64,000 nucleotides of DNA from Felis catus (taxonomy: Eukaryota): the NCBI RefSeq assembly GCF_018350175.1, contig NC_058368.1, positions 4,278,001 through 4,342,000 on the forward strand. Reading direction: 5' to 3'. The notes beneath the pieces are model-generated. The model ran no database searches. It was not told where the DNA came from and saw only the letters and a program-made list of their open reading frames with translations. Both the position numbers and the translations under genes were made by a program. This document shows, piece after piece, positions 23,157-35,360 of this stretch (position 1 is the first letter of the stretch; each line of letters begins with the position of its first letter).

Positions 23157-23385
23157 TAGACCCTTGAAAAACTCGGGGTTGGGGGCACCAGCCTCCCAGC
23201 CCTGAGCAGTCGAAAACCCACGTATAACTTTGACCACACCCCAAAACTTAGCCTACCATTGACCAGAGCCTTACTGATATATACTGTATTCTTAAAATAA
23301 AGTAACCTAGAGCAAAACAAAACCCCAAAAACCAAAAACGATGTTATGAAGAAAACCATAAGGGAGAGAAAGTACATCTACAGTC
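23157..23385 (+). mobile_element. Tigger2a-like DNA transposon fragment
   Basis: gacccttgaa...cagtcgaaaacccacgtataactttgac...tactgtattctt aaaataaagtaa. Confidence 0.75.
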
Positions 23386-23634
23386 CTGTACCTCCTGCCC
23401 GCACGGAGGGTCCCCGTGAGGCTCGGTCACCGGTGTACGGGCGGGCTCCCTGCCTGGCCACCTCCTCGGAGGCTCCAGTGCACACACGGGCCTGCTCCCA
23501 GGGTCCTGTGCCCGGATGAGAAGACACCGCCATGTCTGAGAGGGGATCGCCCAGAGTGAGCCTAGGCCCGTGCGTTGACAAGCCTGCCTTGGCCTTTTCT
23601 GGGCCACACTGCGATTCTGGTGACGTCCCAGGGC

Positions 23635-23806
23635 CAGGGCCGGCTTCAAGGTTGTGCAACCCAGGAGTCATCCGGGACCCCGTGCTCAGAAGGCGCCCGT
23701 CCGGTTTCGTGCTCTGTTTGCAGTCACCCTCTTAAAACCGTCAGTCACTTTTTAACAAGGGCCCCCATGTCCCCATGTTGAATTGAGTTCCCCCACCCTG
23801 GACCTG
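23635..23806 (+). mobile_element. MER45A-like hAT-Tip100 MITE
   Basis: cagggccggcttca...gtgctcagaagg...aacaagggcccc resembles the recalled MER45A consensus. Confidence 0.65.
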
Positions 23807-26800
23807 AATTGCAGTGTCTTCATCACATGGCAAGGTGAGGGGCATGGCCGGACAACGGGAGGCAGAAGGGATACAGGTGAAGTGCAGGGGGTCCTGGGAG
23901 CAGCCGAAACATGGCTTCCCCCCCTGGCCTCTCCTTCCCCTGCGTCAACCCTGCCTGCAGCTCTCATTACAAGATCCCCGCCCGGCCTACTAGGACCCGC
24001 TGTCTGCAAGCCCCGTCCTGTGAGCTGAGTAACCCCCTGTTCAGGGTGCCAGGCAGTGGACACCTCTGCCTCTGTTTTCACGGGGTTAGAAGCGTCTCGA
24101 ATCACTGTAACTTGAAGAGGAAAATGAAGAGGAAACCTTCAGAAACCCTGCTGTAACTGATCAGAGAAGACCAAACACCTTCCTAAGTACAGCAAAAGCA
24201 TCTGACGATGGCTTTAAGCGAAGAACCGGGTGGCATCTGTCATGCCCTGGGGTCTGAGGTCCAGGTTCTCTTGAGAAAGCCCAACTGGTGACTTCCTTTC
24301 CCTGGTTGCGGATCTATGGTTATGTCCATTTGTGGAGAAGAGTCGGCTCGTCTTTACTTCCTGTGCTGTACAAAGGGGCTCCGACGATCTGTGCTGTGGG
24401 GAGCCGTGGTGGTTCTAGAAGGGAGGTATGGAAACTGGGGGAACCTCCAAAAAATAGCCAAGGGAACACTAGATTCTGAGCTCTTTCTCAGCCCTTGTGA
24501 TGCCTTCGTTCATTCTTCCTCAAACTTTTTCTATGAAAAGGCTGGAAAAGTAGCACTTTAAAGAAAGTATAGAATTTTGACCAATCGACCCCATTCTATG
24601 AAAATCCACCCAATTCTATGAGCCTTGGTTGGGCAGGGGTGAGGTGTTCTGCCTCACCATCTCAGGCCTGTAGAGTCACTGAGAGCTGAAAAGAACCTTA
24701 TATGTAACGAAGTCCTGACTATAAATATATCAATATGGGAAAAGTGTGACTCAGGGAAAACCACTGACTCGGGCTCATTTCTGTCATCACGTTATCATCC
24801 CCAGAAACCACCACCACGTTGCTCCCCCACTCAATCTCTTTCAAGCACTGCTTCTGCCAGTTGTCCCACCACGACCGATGCAGGCAGCAGGCCACTGGGC
24901 GTCACGGTTAAGAAGCGTCAGCAGCGTAGGACCCAGTTCACGCGGTCCCACAGCCGAGCCCCCTCCCGGAGTTACTGACTGCCAACATGATGGATTCTGA
25001 AGCCATCAGTTCGAGGTGGGGTGTGAGATCCGAGTTGAGCAGCACATGTAGGCCCTTTACGTGTAAACCATTTTCAAAGTGTGAGATGAGGTTCGTGGAG
25101 ATCAAATGAGTTTCTAGGGTCAAGAACGCCTATTGCGAACCTGCTCGCTTGCAGGTTATAGCATGCTCCTACACCCACAGATAACGGAGAAAAATGGTTC
25201 ACATAGAACAGAAGGAAAGAACATCACTGAGAACCACGTCCAAAGGACTGGAATCAAAGCCGGGAGATGTTGAGAGAGTTTAATGTACTAAGAATCCGCT
25301 TTTACAAGGGCCAGGCTGGAGCCCTTCTGGGTAGAACAATCCCCGTTTTATTTTCAAAGATCATGCAGGAGGAGACTCGTACCACCCCCGGCTCCTGCCC
25401 TTGAGAGCCCTTTCTTGGCCCTTCTCCACCCCATGCCTCACGATTAGCTACGCAAAGCGTTTTCTCGAATCTAGATGCAACCCCTTCTTCTAGCACTAAC
25501 CCGCGGACGTCATGTAAAAGAGACGGAAAATAGAGCTGATCTCTGTCCTTAATAGAGTAATGCCTCCCCCACAAGAACCCTTAGGTCGTTGGGTCTAGCT
25601 CCCCGTGAAGAAGTCCCAGTTATCTTATGCTTTCATCACAGGTCGTATCTCTGGAGTCTTTCCATCAACTGCCATGATGGGCCCTGGTCGGCCAGAGGAG
25701 TCACTGAGTAAGTGACAGTCTGTGAGGCGGGAGGAGAAGGCTGAGCGCCGTCGGCTACGTGAGAAAGTTAATTCTCTTTGCCGTCGCGTCCCTGGCGAGA
25801 AGACCAGGGGAGGTGGTGGCCCATTAACTGAAACTAAATAAGCCTCCCACTCAAGGATGAGAATAGGATACCAGTAGCAAGAGGTGATAATTAAGGGCAG
25901 CAAATAAAAGGCGGTCCAATGTGGAAAAAATGCAAGCTCTTGCACTAAGGGGGACGGGAATCCCACACATAGTTATTAATGGCAAAGAGATAAAGTATTT
26001 GGAAAATACAAACACTGAAGGAGACCTCAGGGGAGTGAGAAAAGGCCAAGAAATTATATGTGAGCTGGTAACGTGATACGGCCGAAACAACCACGCAAAA
26101 CACAAGTCATTCTGAGCCGCATAGTTGAGGTATGAAGTCATGGACCGAGGAAGGGAGAGACCGCTCCTTGAGCCCTCGGAGACCACATCCAGGGCCCTCA
26201 GACAGTAGAGAGATTTAGATGAGACGGAGGGGATTGGAAAGCGAGCAACCACAAAGGGCAACGAGTGGGAGGGGCTGGTTTCGGAGGGACAAACCCACAG
26301 CTTGTGCAAGGGGCCACTGCGAACAGTGAGGGCCAAGCACCGGGGCCATGGACGGCCCTGCTGAGGGCGGGAAGGCCAACTAACTGAGGCATGCAGGCTG
26401 CTGGGAGCCGGACAGCTGTGGAGACAGCCGTGGGGCAGCAGAAGGCCACGGACCGTTGGCCAAAGCGGTTCTTCTGAGCGTGCAGAGGCCAAGCGTATCA
26501 CAAGCCATCAGAGCGTCCGCGTGGCCGCGTGGCACGGGTCCCCAAGAGCCTTGGGTGTGCTCAGGGGGAAAGGCCCTGGGCGTTTCCTACCAGCCTTTCC
26601 AGAGAACCAAAGGGTTTACACCGTCAAAGGGCAAACTTCTCAAGGACGAGCCTGCCTGTTCCACCTTCACTCGCCTAGACCCTGACTTCTGTGAGAGGCC
26701 GCATGATAGAGATCACCTCTCACTGGGTCGCCCTCCTGCCATGCCTGGCCTTTCTCTAACTTCTGGTGACCTATTTCCTGCCTGCGTTTTCACAAAAAGC

Positions 26801-27256
26801 CAAGGGAAGAGCGAAACGCAGAGGGGGACAGAAAGGACCAAAGCGTGTGGCAGAGAGGGCGGGGAGGCTCCTGGGGCGGCCGCGGGCCCGCGACGGCACA
26901 GGAAGCCGAGGGGGAGAGCCACGTGGGAGGGCAGCCCTGCCTTCCAGCGCCCACGGGTCAGCGGCCTGCCGGCCTGGGGGGCCCTGGCAGAAGAGCCAGC
27001 TCCCCAGCGGCCTCCAAGGGCACCGGACTGCAGGCTGCAGGCAGGTAACCGTGACCGGGGGCCTTTGTCAGCTGTATGACGCACACCAGTCTGTCACGCT
27101 TTCAGCAGACGTTTCCCGAGACTCACAGGCCCAGCGCTTGGCTAGACCCTTACAGGCAGAACGAACGGCGTGAACTTCAGCGGGACGAGGACACGGGGAA
27201 CTGGAAGTTGAGTCGCCGCTCCCCGATGTCACATGGTTTCAAATCTGTAAGTGAGA

Positions 27257-27473
27257 GGGGCCCCCGCATGGCTCAGTCGGTGAAGTGTCCAACTCTTGAT
27301 TCCAGCTCAGGTCATGATCTCACAGTTCGAGAGTTCGAGCCCGGCGTTGGGCTCTGTGCTGATAATGCAGAGCCTGCTTGGGATTCCCCCTCCCCCCTTC
27401 TCTCTGCCCCTCCCCACTCGCATGTGTGTATATATGTGTTCTGTCTCTCAAAATAAAAACACAAACTAAAAAA
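27257..27473 (+). mobile_element. Can-SINE
   Basis: Head, CT tract, tail; TSD-like aaatctgtaa / aaatctataa. Confidence 0.93.
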
Positions 27474-27689
27474 AATCTATAAATCAGAAGTCATTTCTCC
27501 TCTGATTTTCTAAAAGTCCCAGGGGCTTGTACCTCTCTGGTGGTGCCTTCAAAGGCCTTGGCCTTCCTGTCAGAACCCCTCTTCCAGCCCTTCTGCCACT
27601 GGGCTCGCTGTCTCTCTGTCTCACTCCGACATACTGAATTTTCCCAAGTGCTTTGAACCCATGATGGAAAAGACAATCACGCATACTTA

Positions 27690-27860
27690 GGAAGTACTAA
27701 CTCTGTGCCGTCCAGGGTTCTAAGGCTTTACTCACATTAACATGTTTAATCCTCAGAATGACTGGGAGGTAGGTATTCTCTTTCATCCTTATTTCATGGA
27801 CGAGGGCACTGGGGCACAGAGAAGTTAGGTAGCTTCCCAGAGGTCACACGGAGCAAATCA
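27690..27860. mobile_element. MIR fragment
   Basis: tttaatcctcagaa...gaggtaggtatt...actggggcacagagaagttaggtagcttcccagaggtcacac. Confidence 0.75.
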
Positions 27861-28429
27861 GCACCCGCGCTATTCGTGCCGTGGGACTCTCTCAAAAATA
27901 AAGATTAAGAAACACTTTTTTGAAAATGCAATACATCTTTTTCCATCGTATGTGAAACCATGCTCCCATCACATGACCTACGAAACTAAATTTAAAACGC
28001 TTTGGTGTTTTTCTATTGCGTAATTCAAGAGCTATCGCTTAAACACGAATGTACTTGTGGCTAAAAGACCAAACAAACAAAAAATGTCAGAGACTAATTA
28101 TTTGGCTCAAGAAAATACATAACGCTGGGGCAGCTTGGGAGGAAAGAAATGAGTTCCACAAAAACTGGTTTTACCAAAAATCATAAAATTAGTGATCGAA
28201 ATAAAAATAGTTTGCATTTGATGCTTATGGGGTGCTGCCCCTGAATGAAATGCTCCAGTGGCCGGCCAGCCTCTCGGGCTCTCGGTCTGGAAATTTACAG
28301 CTCCCTTTGAGGCCCCGGGAGAAGAGTGACCGGGTTCCTCCACTCAGGGGATCTCAGTAAATCTTTTAGGTGATGAGAGAGCCACTGATTTTTAAATTAA
28401 TTTATAATGCCATCACCTGTGTTTCTTAA

Positions 28430-28629
28430 TCTTTTTACAATGTTTATTATTGAGAGACAGAGAGAGTGAGAGGGGGAGGGGCAGAGAGAGGGAGACACAG
28501 AATCCGAAGCAGGTTCCAGGCTCTGAGCTGCCGGCACAGAGCCCGAAGCTGGGCTCGAACTCACGGACCGCGAGATCACGACCTGAGCCGGAGTCGGACG
28601 CCCGACCGACGGAGCCACCCAAGCACCCC
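28430..28629 (-). mobile_element. Can-SINE with 17-bp TSD
   Basis: TSD tcacctgtgtttcttaa at 28413-28429 and 28632-28648. Confidence 0.96.
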
Positions 28630-28665
28630 AGTCACCTGTGTTTCTTAAAAGACTATATATCCCTT

Positions 28666-28862
28666 GGGGCACCCGGGTGGCTCAGTCAGTTAAGCGTGTG
28701 ACTTCAGCTCAGATCACCATCTCACGGTTCATGGGTTCAAGCCCCACATGGGGCTCGCACTGAGCACTGACGGGAGCCTGCTTGGGATTCTCTGTCTCTC
28801 TGTCTCTCTGCTTGTCCGTTGCAAGTGCTCTCTCTCCCAAAAATAAATAAATAAACTTAAAG
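28666..28862 (+). mobile_element. Can-SINE
   Basis: ggggcacccgggtggctcagtcagttaagcg... with aataaa tail. Confidence 0.95.
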
Positions 28863-30111
28863 AAACACACACACCTCCCCTCCCCAGAAGCTCCATTTCT
28901 ACAAGCGAGGGATCAAAGGGCAGGCCTGGGCCTCCCCAGGTCTTGCATAAAGGAGCAGGACGGCAGGTGGGGCCAGGTCTCTGTCGGCCCACAGGTCCTG
29001 GGGAGCAGGGTGTTGCTGTCCGAAGCCCTCCACCTGCCCCACGGGCCCTGTCCTGTCCTCATCCCTCTCATTTATCCCACTGGCTACGATTTGGGGTGAG
29101 GCTTGGACAAAGGAAGCCCCATCTGGCCCGAGGCCTCAGCCGTGTGCTTTCGCCCGGTTTCCGGAGTCTTTCGAAGCCTAGCATGCAATGGCGTGTCACT
29201 TTGGCTTACTTGGCCGCTGTAGTTTGGGTCGAGGCCTCTACGTCAGAGTCCCTGGAGCCCGGACAGGGCTCCGTATTCCTCTGGCCGTGACAGCCTAGAA
29301 ACCACCAGAACCATTCGAGCTGAAGGACACCTAGGTCCCCAGTCACAACTGGACACTCCAGCACTGGACAGGGTCCCTCTCCCATCACCTGAATGCTCGC
29401 GATGGGGACGCGGAAGGGACATGGTGACTGGGGACCCAGACTCGAGCACCGCCCAGCACCCTCTCTCCCCCGCCCCAAACCAAGTGCTTCCGGGACCGAC
29501 CCAGAGAACGCAGCCCTGCCCTCTGACAACCTTCTAAAACTTGGAGCCAAAGCACTTTCTAACGGGCCAGGAGTATCACGAGGCATCACGAAGATGAGTA
29601 AAGGGTTCTGAACACAGGAAGAGTGAGACAACGGACGTTCTCAAGGCCTGAGGAAGGACGGTTCTCACCAGGGGCCCAGGGCGGCTTCAGCCCGGACCCC
29701 GCGGAGTCTCCAGCTGGTGCGTCCGTGAGAAGCGGGCCCCAGGCCTCCGGTATAAGCAACGTGAGCTCCCTCGGGCCTCTCCTGTACCACTTTCCACACA
29801 GGCTCGGGCCTCATAAAAGTTATAAGCTACTTTCCCAGGGGTTGCTGGGAAATTCTCGAGGCCTCTTAAAACGCCGAGGTTGGGAGCCGGGACTCCAGAA
29901 GAGCGGGAGGTGTCTGCGGGAGTAATTGTCAAACCGGTGACCTCCAGGCAACGATGCTGGCCGTCCTGACCACCTGCCGGGTAGGGGGACAACCGAGGAG
30001 CGTCCCTCCTTTGACCGCAGCAGCCGAGATGTAAAGAGTTAAGAAGAAAAGGCTCAAAGGTCAGGAAATCTGACACTCGATGGCAACAGCGGGAGGAGTG
30101 GAGACGCTCTT

Positions 30112-30114
<3 letters not shown>

Positions 30115-30146
<32 letters not shown>
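30115..30146. repeat. (CA)n microsatellite
   Basis: Direct inspection. Confidence 0.95.
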
Positions 30147-30148
<2 letters not shown>

Positions 30149-30770
30149 GCCGGCACGGTGACCAGTTGCCCTGTGCCCAGCTCTCTGCTGAAGGCCTGAT
30201 GCCTGCTGCCCGCGCAAGCGCTGGGGATACAGCGAGAGAGAAAACAGCGCTTTTGCACCGGAGGGCTCGTGTTGCAAGCGAGGGGGGCGGGCACCCGGGG
30301 AAAACCGGACTCCTCCGTGCCCGACGGGGCCGAGTCAGGGGAAGCGTCACGGGGGATCGAAGCCCCGCGTGGGGCCAGTCACGTGCCGGGAGGCGTGTGA
30401 CAACCGGTCCCTCGCGATGAGGCCCCGGTCTGTGGCGCAGCTGACTCCCGGGGCGCGGACGCTCCCTCCGTGGCGGATCCCACGTTACCAAAGCGGGGCC
30501 ACCGAAGGTGGGGCTGGGAAGAGGGGCACACAGTTGGCTCCCCGGACTTGGTCTGAGCCGGCTCAGGCTCCCCACTGGGAGGCTGCACAGGGCGCAGCCA
30601 AAGGGGATGAGCCCCAAAGCCGGACCGCCGGGCTCAGATCGCGGCTCTGAGGTTTACAGGCTCTGTGATCTTAGACTCCCTGTCCCTCGGTCTATCCCCC
30701 TGTTAAATGGGCACAACAAAAGTATCTCAGGATGGTGATGGGAATGAAGTGAGTTTTATTTATTTACTTA

Positions 30771-31170
30771 ATTCTTTTTAAGTTTATTTACTTATTTTGA
30801 GAGAGAAAGAGTGTGAGCGGGGGAGGGGAGAAGAGAGAAGGAGAGAGAGGATCCCAAGCAGGCTCGGCACTGTCAGCACGGAGCCCGATGGTGGGGCTCG
30901 AACTCACGAACCTCGAGATCGTGACCTGAGCCGAAAGCAAGAGTCGGATGCTTCACCGACTGAGCCACCCAGGAGCTCCCTTATTTACTTATTCTAGAGA
31001 GACAGAGAGAGAGAATGAGCAGGGGAGAGGGGCGGAGGGAGAGAAAGAGAGTCTTAAGCAGGCTCCTCGGTGCAGAGCTCGACATGGGGCTTGATCCCAT
31101 GGCCCTGGGATCATGACCTGAGCCGAAATCAAGAGTCAGGGGCCCAACCCAATGAGCCACCCGGGCATCC
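30771..31170 (-). mobile_element. Two tandem Can-SINEs (30771-30980 apparently inserted in the tail of 30981-31170)
   Basis: Two reverse heads; ttatttactta flanks the first copy on both sides. Confidence 0.92.
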
Positions 31171-31429
31171 ATGGGTTTATATATTTAAAGTGTTTAGAAA
31201 ACATCTAGCACGCGGTAAGCGATAGGTAAATATTTTCCAAATAAAACCCAGAAGGAACAGGAGGACAGGGGTCCGAGTTCGAGGCGTGGTACCTTTCTGA
31301 GTCCCAGAGCCAATCACAAACAGGGGGTGTGTCCTAGGAACAGCAAGATGTCAGACAACAGTGTGAAGGAAACTTTCGGGTTTTGAAAACTGTACTGTTA
31401 GTCTTTAGCAGAGCTCCGTGCTTCGAGAT

Positions 31430-31790
31430 AGACATCTACAGCCTTCAAAGGGTCAGGCTCCTTTCTACCACAGACCCTTTTCACACGCTGTTTCCTCTGT
31501 TCTTCTCGTGACAACTTCGGCTCTTTCACTGTCCTCTTAGAAGTCATTTTCCCGATGAGCCTGCCTGTGACCAACCCGATTTCAAATTGCATGCTTCCCC
31601 AGATCCCGCCTTCCCTTCCCTATTTTCCCATAGAAGTTGTTGCCCTTGAACCCATTGGCTGCTTATTTTCTGTCACGTCCTACCAGAACGTAAGAGCCAC
31701 GAGCGTAGAAAGCGTGGACAGTTCTGTTCGCTGTTGCCTCCCTAGTGCCTAAAAAGTAGCAAAGCAGGGGCTTAATAAGTATTTGGGAAA
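31430..31790 (+). mobile_element. L2 3' fragment
   Basis: ccctagtgcctaaaa...ggggcttaataagtatttg resembles the L2 3' end. Confidence 0.55.
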
Positions 31791-34439
31791 TGGACGGAGG
31801 GCCAAGTCTTGTTTGGGCTCAAGCTAACCTTTCAGGGTTATTAACTTCATAATATATTCATGCCAAACTGTGCCAAAGTCTCGGCTGTAAATTTTAGCAG
31901 TGTCAGTCTCAACCCAAGTGTCAAGGTAGCTCAGTGAGACTCATCAGTAGGCGTCCCCTCGTATGATGCACTCATTGCTTCGACTCGTGACCCTCCATCT
32001 GTGTCACACGTTCGAACATTTTTTCTCACAGACTTTTCTTCATGCCTCCCCCTCCCCGCTGGACCCGGACAGGAGGTACGGAGAACTGATATACCAGGCA
32101 GGCGCTGAGTAAATAGACTTTCTCTCCCTGTGAAGGTGGGCATCACAACCCCAGTGTTCTAGACAAGGAGCCTGAATCCAGTGAGGGTGGCACAGCTATT
32201 AAATGGCCGATCCAGGAATTTGCTCGGACGATCGAGCTTCTAAACCCGTGCTTTGGCTGATGCGTCATGTGGCCTCCGAGTGAGTTCTCGCTTTCTGGCT
32301 TATTGGCTACGCGTCCTTCTCTTCCACAATCACGCTGGGTTGATATACTCAGAGCCCAATGTAGATCTAGTCCCGGAGATGATGCATTTTAGGCACTGAT
32401 ATCAATTAACTGGGCAGATGTCATGCTCCTCTTTTCTCCCATTTTTCATAGAGCTCGTGGTCTTTCGGTCTTCATATTTTAAAAGTTTTCTATTTTTCGC
32501 GATCACTAGTTTATCTGTCCCCATCACTCACCCGAGTATAAGTGCGTGCAAGGCATTGTTCTAGGAAAGGAGGCAGGCGATAACGAGCGACACAGCCAAG
32601 TTCTTACGGCGCTTTCGTCGGAAGGTAAACAAAAATTTCCCTAACGTTCATTCAACAAATTTCGCTGAATGCTCTTGGTGGGTAAGACGCTGTTAGGTAG
32701 AGGAGCGACAGAGATATTCTCTTTATCCTCAGAAGAGTGAGTGCCCCACCCAGCAGGAGACGTATGTGCGAAGATTTTAACAGCTTATTGTAAAAAATTC
32801 TGCAGATGCCCCAAATCATCACGTTGATAACAAGTGTTAGGTCATTACTTACCACTTTGGTAATGTTTTTTCTGTAGCAGAGTTCTTGGGCAGTCAGAGA
32901 CCCTGGCTTTGAGCTAACAGGAACACTTACACACACACGCACACGCACACACGTGAGCGTCCCAGATTAAATCAGCATTTCATTGAATCAAATGAACCAT
33001 GTGCACATTACACGTGTGCGCGTATGCTTTCTGCTAACACTTTCTGAAGACATTTACAGTGTCCATAAAACACTGTGGCTGTTACCCTAAGATGTACGTG
33101 CGCCACGATGAACTCTTTCCGTAATAACCGTGGTTAATTCACAATCATCATAACTCATTCACGACTTCCAAGAAAGTCAGGCTCACACTCTCCACGGTAC
33201 GTTTCAGGATGCTTTGGCAAGATTCGCCTAACCTAACACGACAGCCACACGTAAAAACCAGGACCTGAACGGAAAGCATACCTGACTGCTTAAAATGATG
33301 GAAAACTCTCACCCCGACATCTCTGTCCTGGGTGCGTTCGGGCATTAAGAGATCCCTATCTTTGCACTGGCGCCCCTCAAATGCAAGAGTTCCAGGAATC
33401 CCTAACACATGGCTGGGTGGTCCTTTTTTTTTTTTCAAGGTTTACGCAGGGACGGGCCACCCCCCTCCCTCGTCCTCCCACCAGGTCACCTAAGGGCTGC
33501 TGTCACCGCCACAGCCTTGCTTGGCTGTAAAGGGGCCCTGAACCACTCCTTCGAGAGACTTTTAACGGCAAGAGCCACCTCTTTTGTTCTTGACAAGCCA
33601 ATAGGGTTTTTTTTTTCTAAGGGTTATCCAGAAACTAAGGTTAATTAAACATTGATAGAATTGCCATTGTGTCCATAACACATATGGAGGGGGAAAATTT
33701 CAGGACAGCAGCGTTTGGCAAGGAGATGGAATGATGCTTCGCAAATAACTCCTGGCCCGAAACTGTCCTACTATGTTCAGAGCTGGTGGAAATTTCCAGT
33801 CCAATTCTAGGTATGAGGCACTCGACTGCGCCACTGTCCCCCCGGGGATCTTGCCTTGCCCAGGACCTGTCACCCACCCCAGGACTTGGGCGTCCTGTCT
33901 GTCCGTGTCTATAACCTGGCTTCTCTGTCATCCAGTCCTCTCCAATCTGACTGGTGTGTCAGAAACCCAGTCAGGCTGGTGTCAGGACGGTTCAGCCCCT
34001 CCGTGGTGGCTCACGTCTAGTCTACAAACCTCAGCAACACTGGAAGCATCACTGCCTTCGGCTTCCAGAGGCCAACTCAGGCCCTCACCTTAAACCGGAT
34101 CTCTCAGTCCTCTGGTCCACCCCTAAGTCAGGACTTACGACTCTCCCATCATCTGCAGGGGACAGGAAGGCACGTGCCTTGTCCTGAGCTCGGGGAAGGA
34201 CCTGTCCTCCGGCTCCGACCAGTGGCCCCCATCCCCTGCCTTGGTTCGTTCTGATGTCTCATCCCGCAGGGAAAGCAACCACCTCTCCTTCAGTACCTTG
34301 ATGCACATTCTCACACTTGATGAGTGTTAAATACACAACAGAATAGCAGCCACACATGTGTTTGTCCCACCACGAGAAAGAGTACGAGCACTTTGCACAG
34401 GAAGGTCTCCGAAAGGGCTAGCTCACAAGTGGCTTTATT

Positions 34440-35360
34440 TTTTAAATTTTTCAATGTTTACTTTTGAAGGGGAGAGAGAGAGAGGGTGAGAGCAAGCGAG
34501 GGAGCTTGACCGGGGGAGGGGCAGAGACAGAGGGAGACACGGAATCCGAAGCAGGCACCAGAGCCCGACTCGGGGCTCAAACCCACAAGCCTCGAGATCA
34601 TGACCCGAGCCAACGTCAGCCATTTCACTGGCTGACCACCCAGGCGCCCCTCAAATGGCTTTATTTAAAATGAATGTACAAGGGAGCACCTGGGGGGCTC
34701 GGTCGGTTAAGCATCCGACTTCGGCTCGGGTCATGATCTCACGTTCCCTGAGTTTGAGCCCCGTGTCGGGCTCCATGCTGACATCTCAGAGCCTGGAGCC
34801 CGCTTCAGATTCTGTGTCTCCCTCTTTCTACACCTCCCCTGCTTGCACTCTGTCTCTCTCTCAAAAAAAATAACCAATGGGGCGCCTGGGTGGCGCAGTC
34901 GGTTAAGCGTCCGACTTCAGCCAGGTCATGATCTTGCGGTCCGTGAGTTCGAGCCCCGCGTCGGGCTCTGGGCTGACGGCTCAGAGCCTGGAGCCTGCTT
35001 CTGATTCTGTGTCTCCCTCTCTCTCTGCCCCTCCCCCATTCATGCTCTGTCTCTCTCTGTCCCAAAAAAATAAATAAAAAAACGTTGAAAAAAAAATTAA
35101 AAAAAAAATAACCATTAAAAAAAATTTTTTTAAATAAATAAAATGACTGTATAGGGGCACCTGGGTGGTTCCATCGGTTAAGCATCAGGCTCCTGATTTG
35201 GGCTCAGATTACGATCTCATGGGAATGAGCCCCACGAGGGGCTTGGTGCTGACAGTGCAGAGCCTGCTTGGGGTTTTCTCTCTCTCTCCCCTTCTGCCCC
35301 TCCTCTGCTTGTGCTCTCTCTCTGTCTCTCCAAATGAATGAACATTCAAGTAAAATAAAA
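34440..35360. mobile_element. Cluster of four Can-SINEs: 34440-34650(-), 34682-34870(+), 34879-35100(+, young felid type), 35154-35360(+)
   Basis: Four separate heads; the third is flanked by TSD aaaaaaaataacca (34863-34876, 35101-35114). Confidence 0.95.

Larger units (their letters stand above)
20030..23160 (+). mobile_element. Fragmented ancient L1 (ORF1 and ORF2 remnants) interrupted by SINEs and other inserts
   Basis: A-rich strand bias with L1-like remnants (ggagttccagaaagag; ggtattttcaaaatgctgagg; gggagatttcaacaca; aaaataaatccc...taaagatctaaacg). Confidence 0.65.

Noticed and set aside
25851..30738. ORFs of 216, 207, 196 and 168 aa
   Set aside because: GC-rich or microsatellite-derived low-complexity translations with no splice or homology support.
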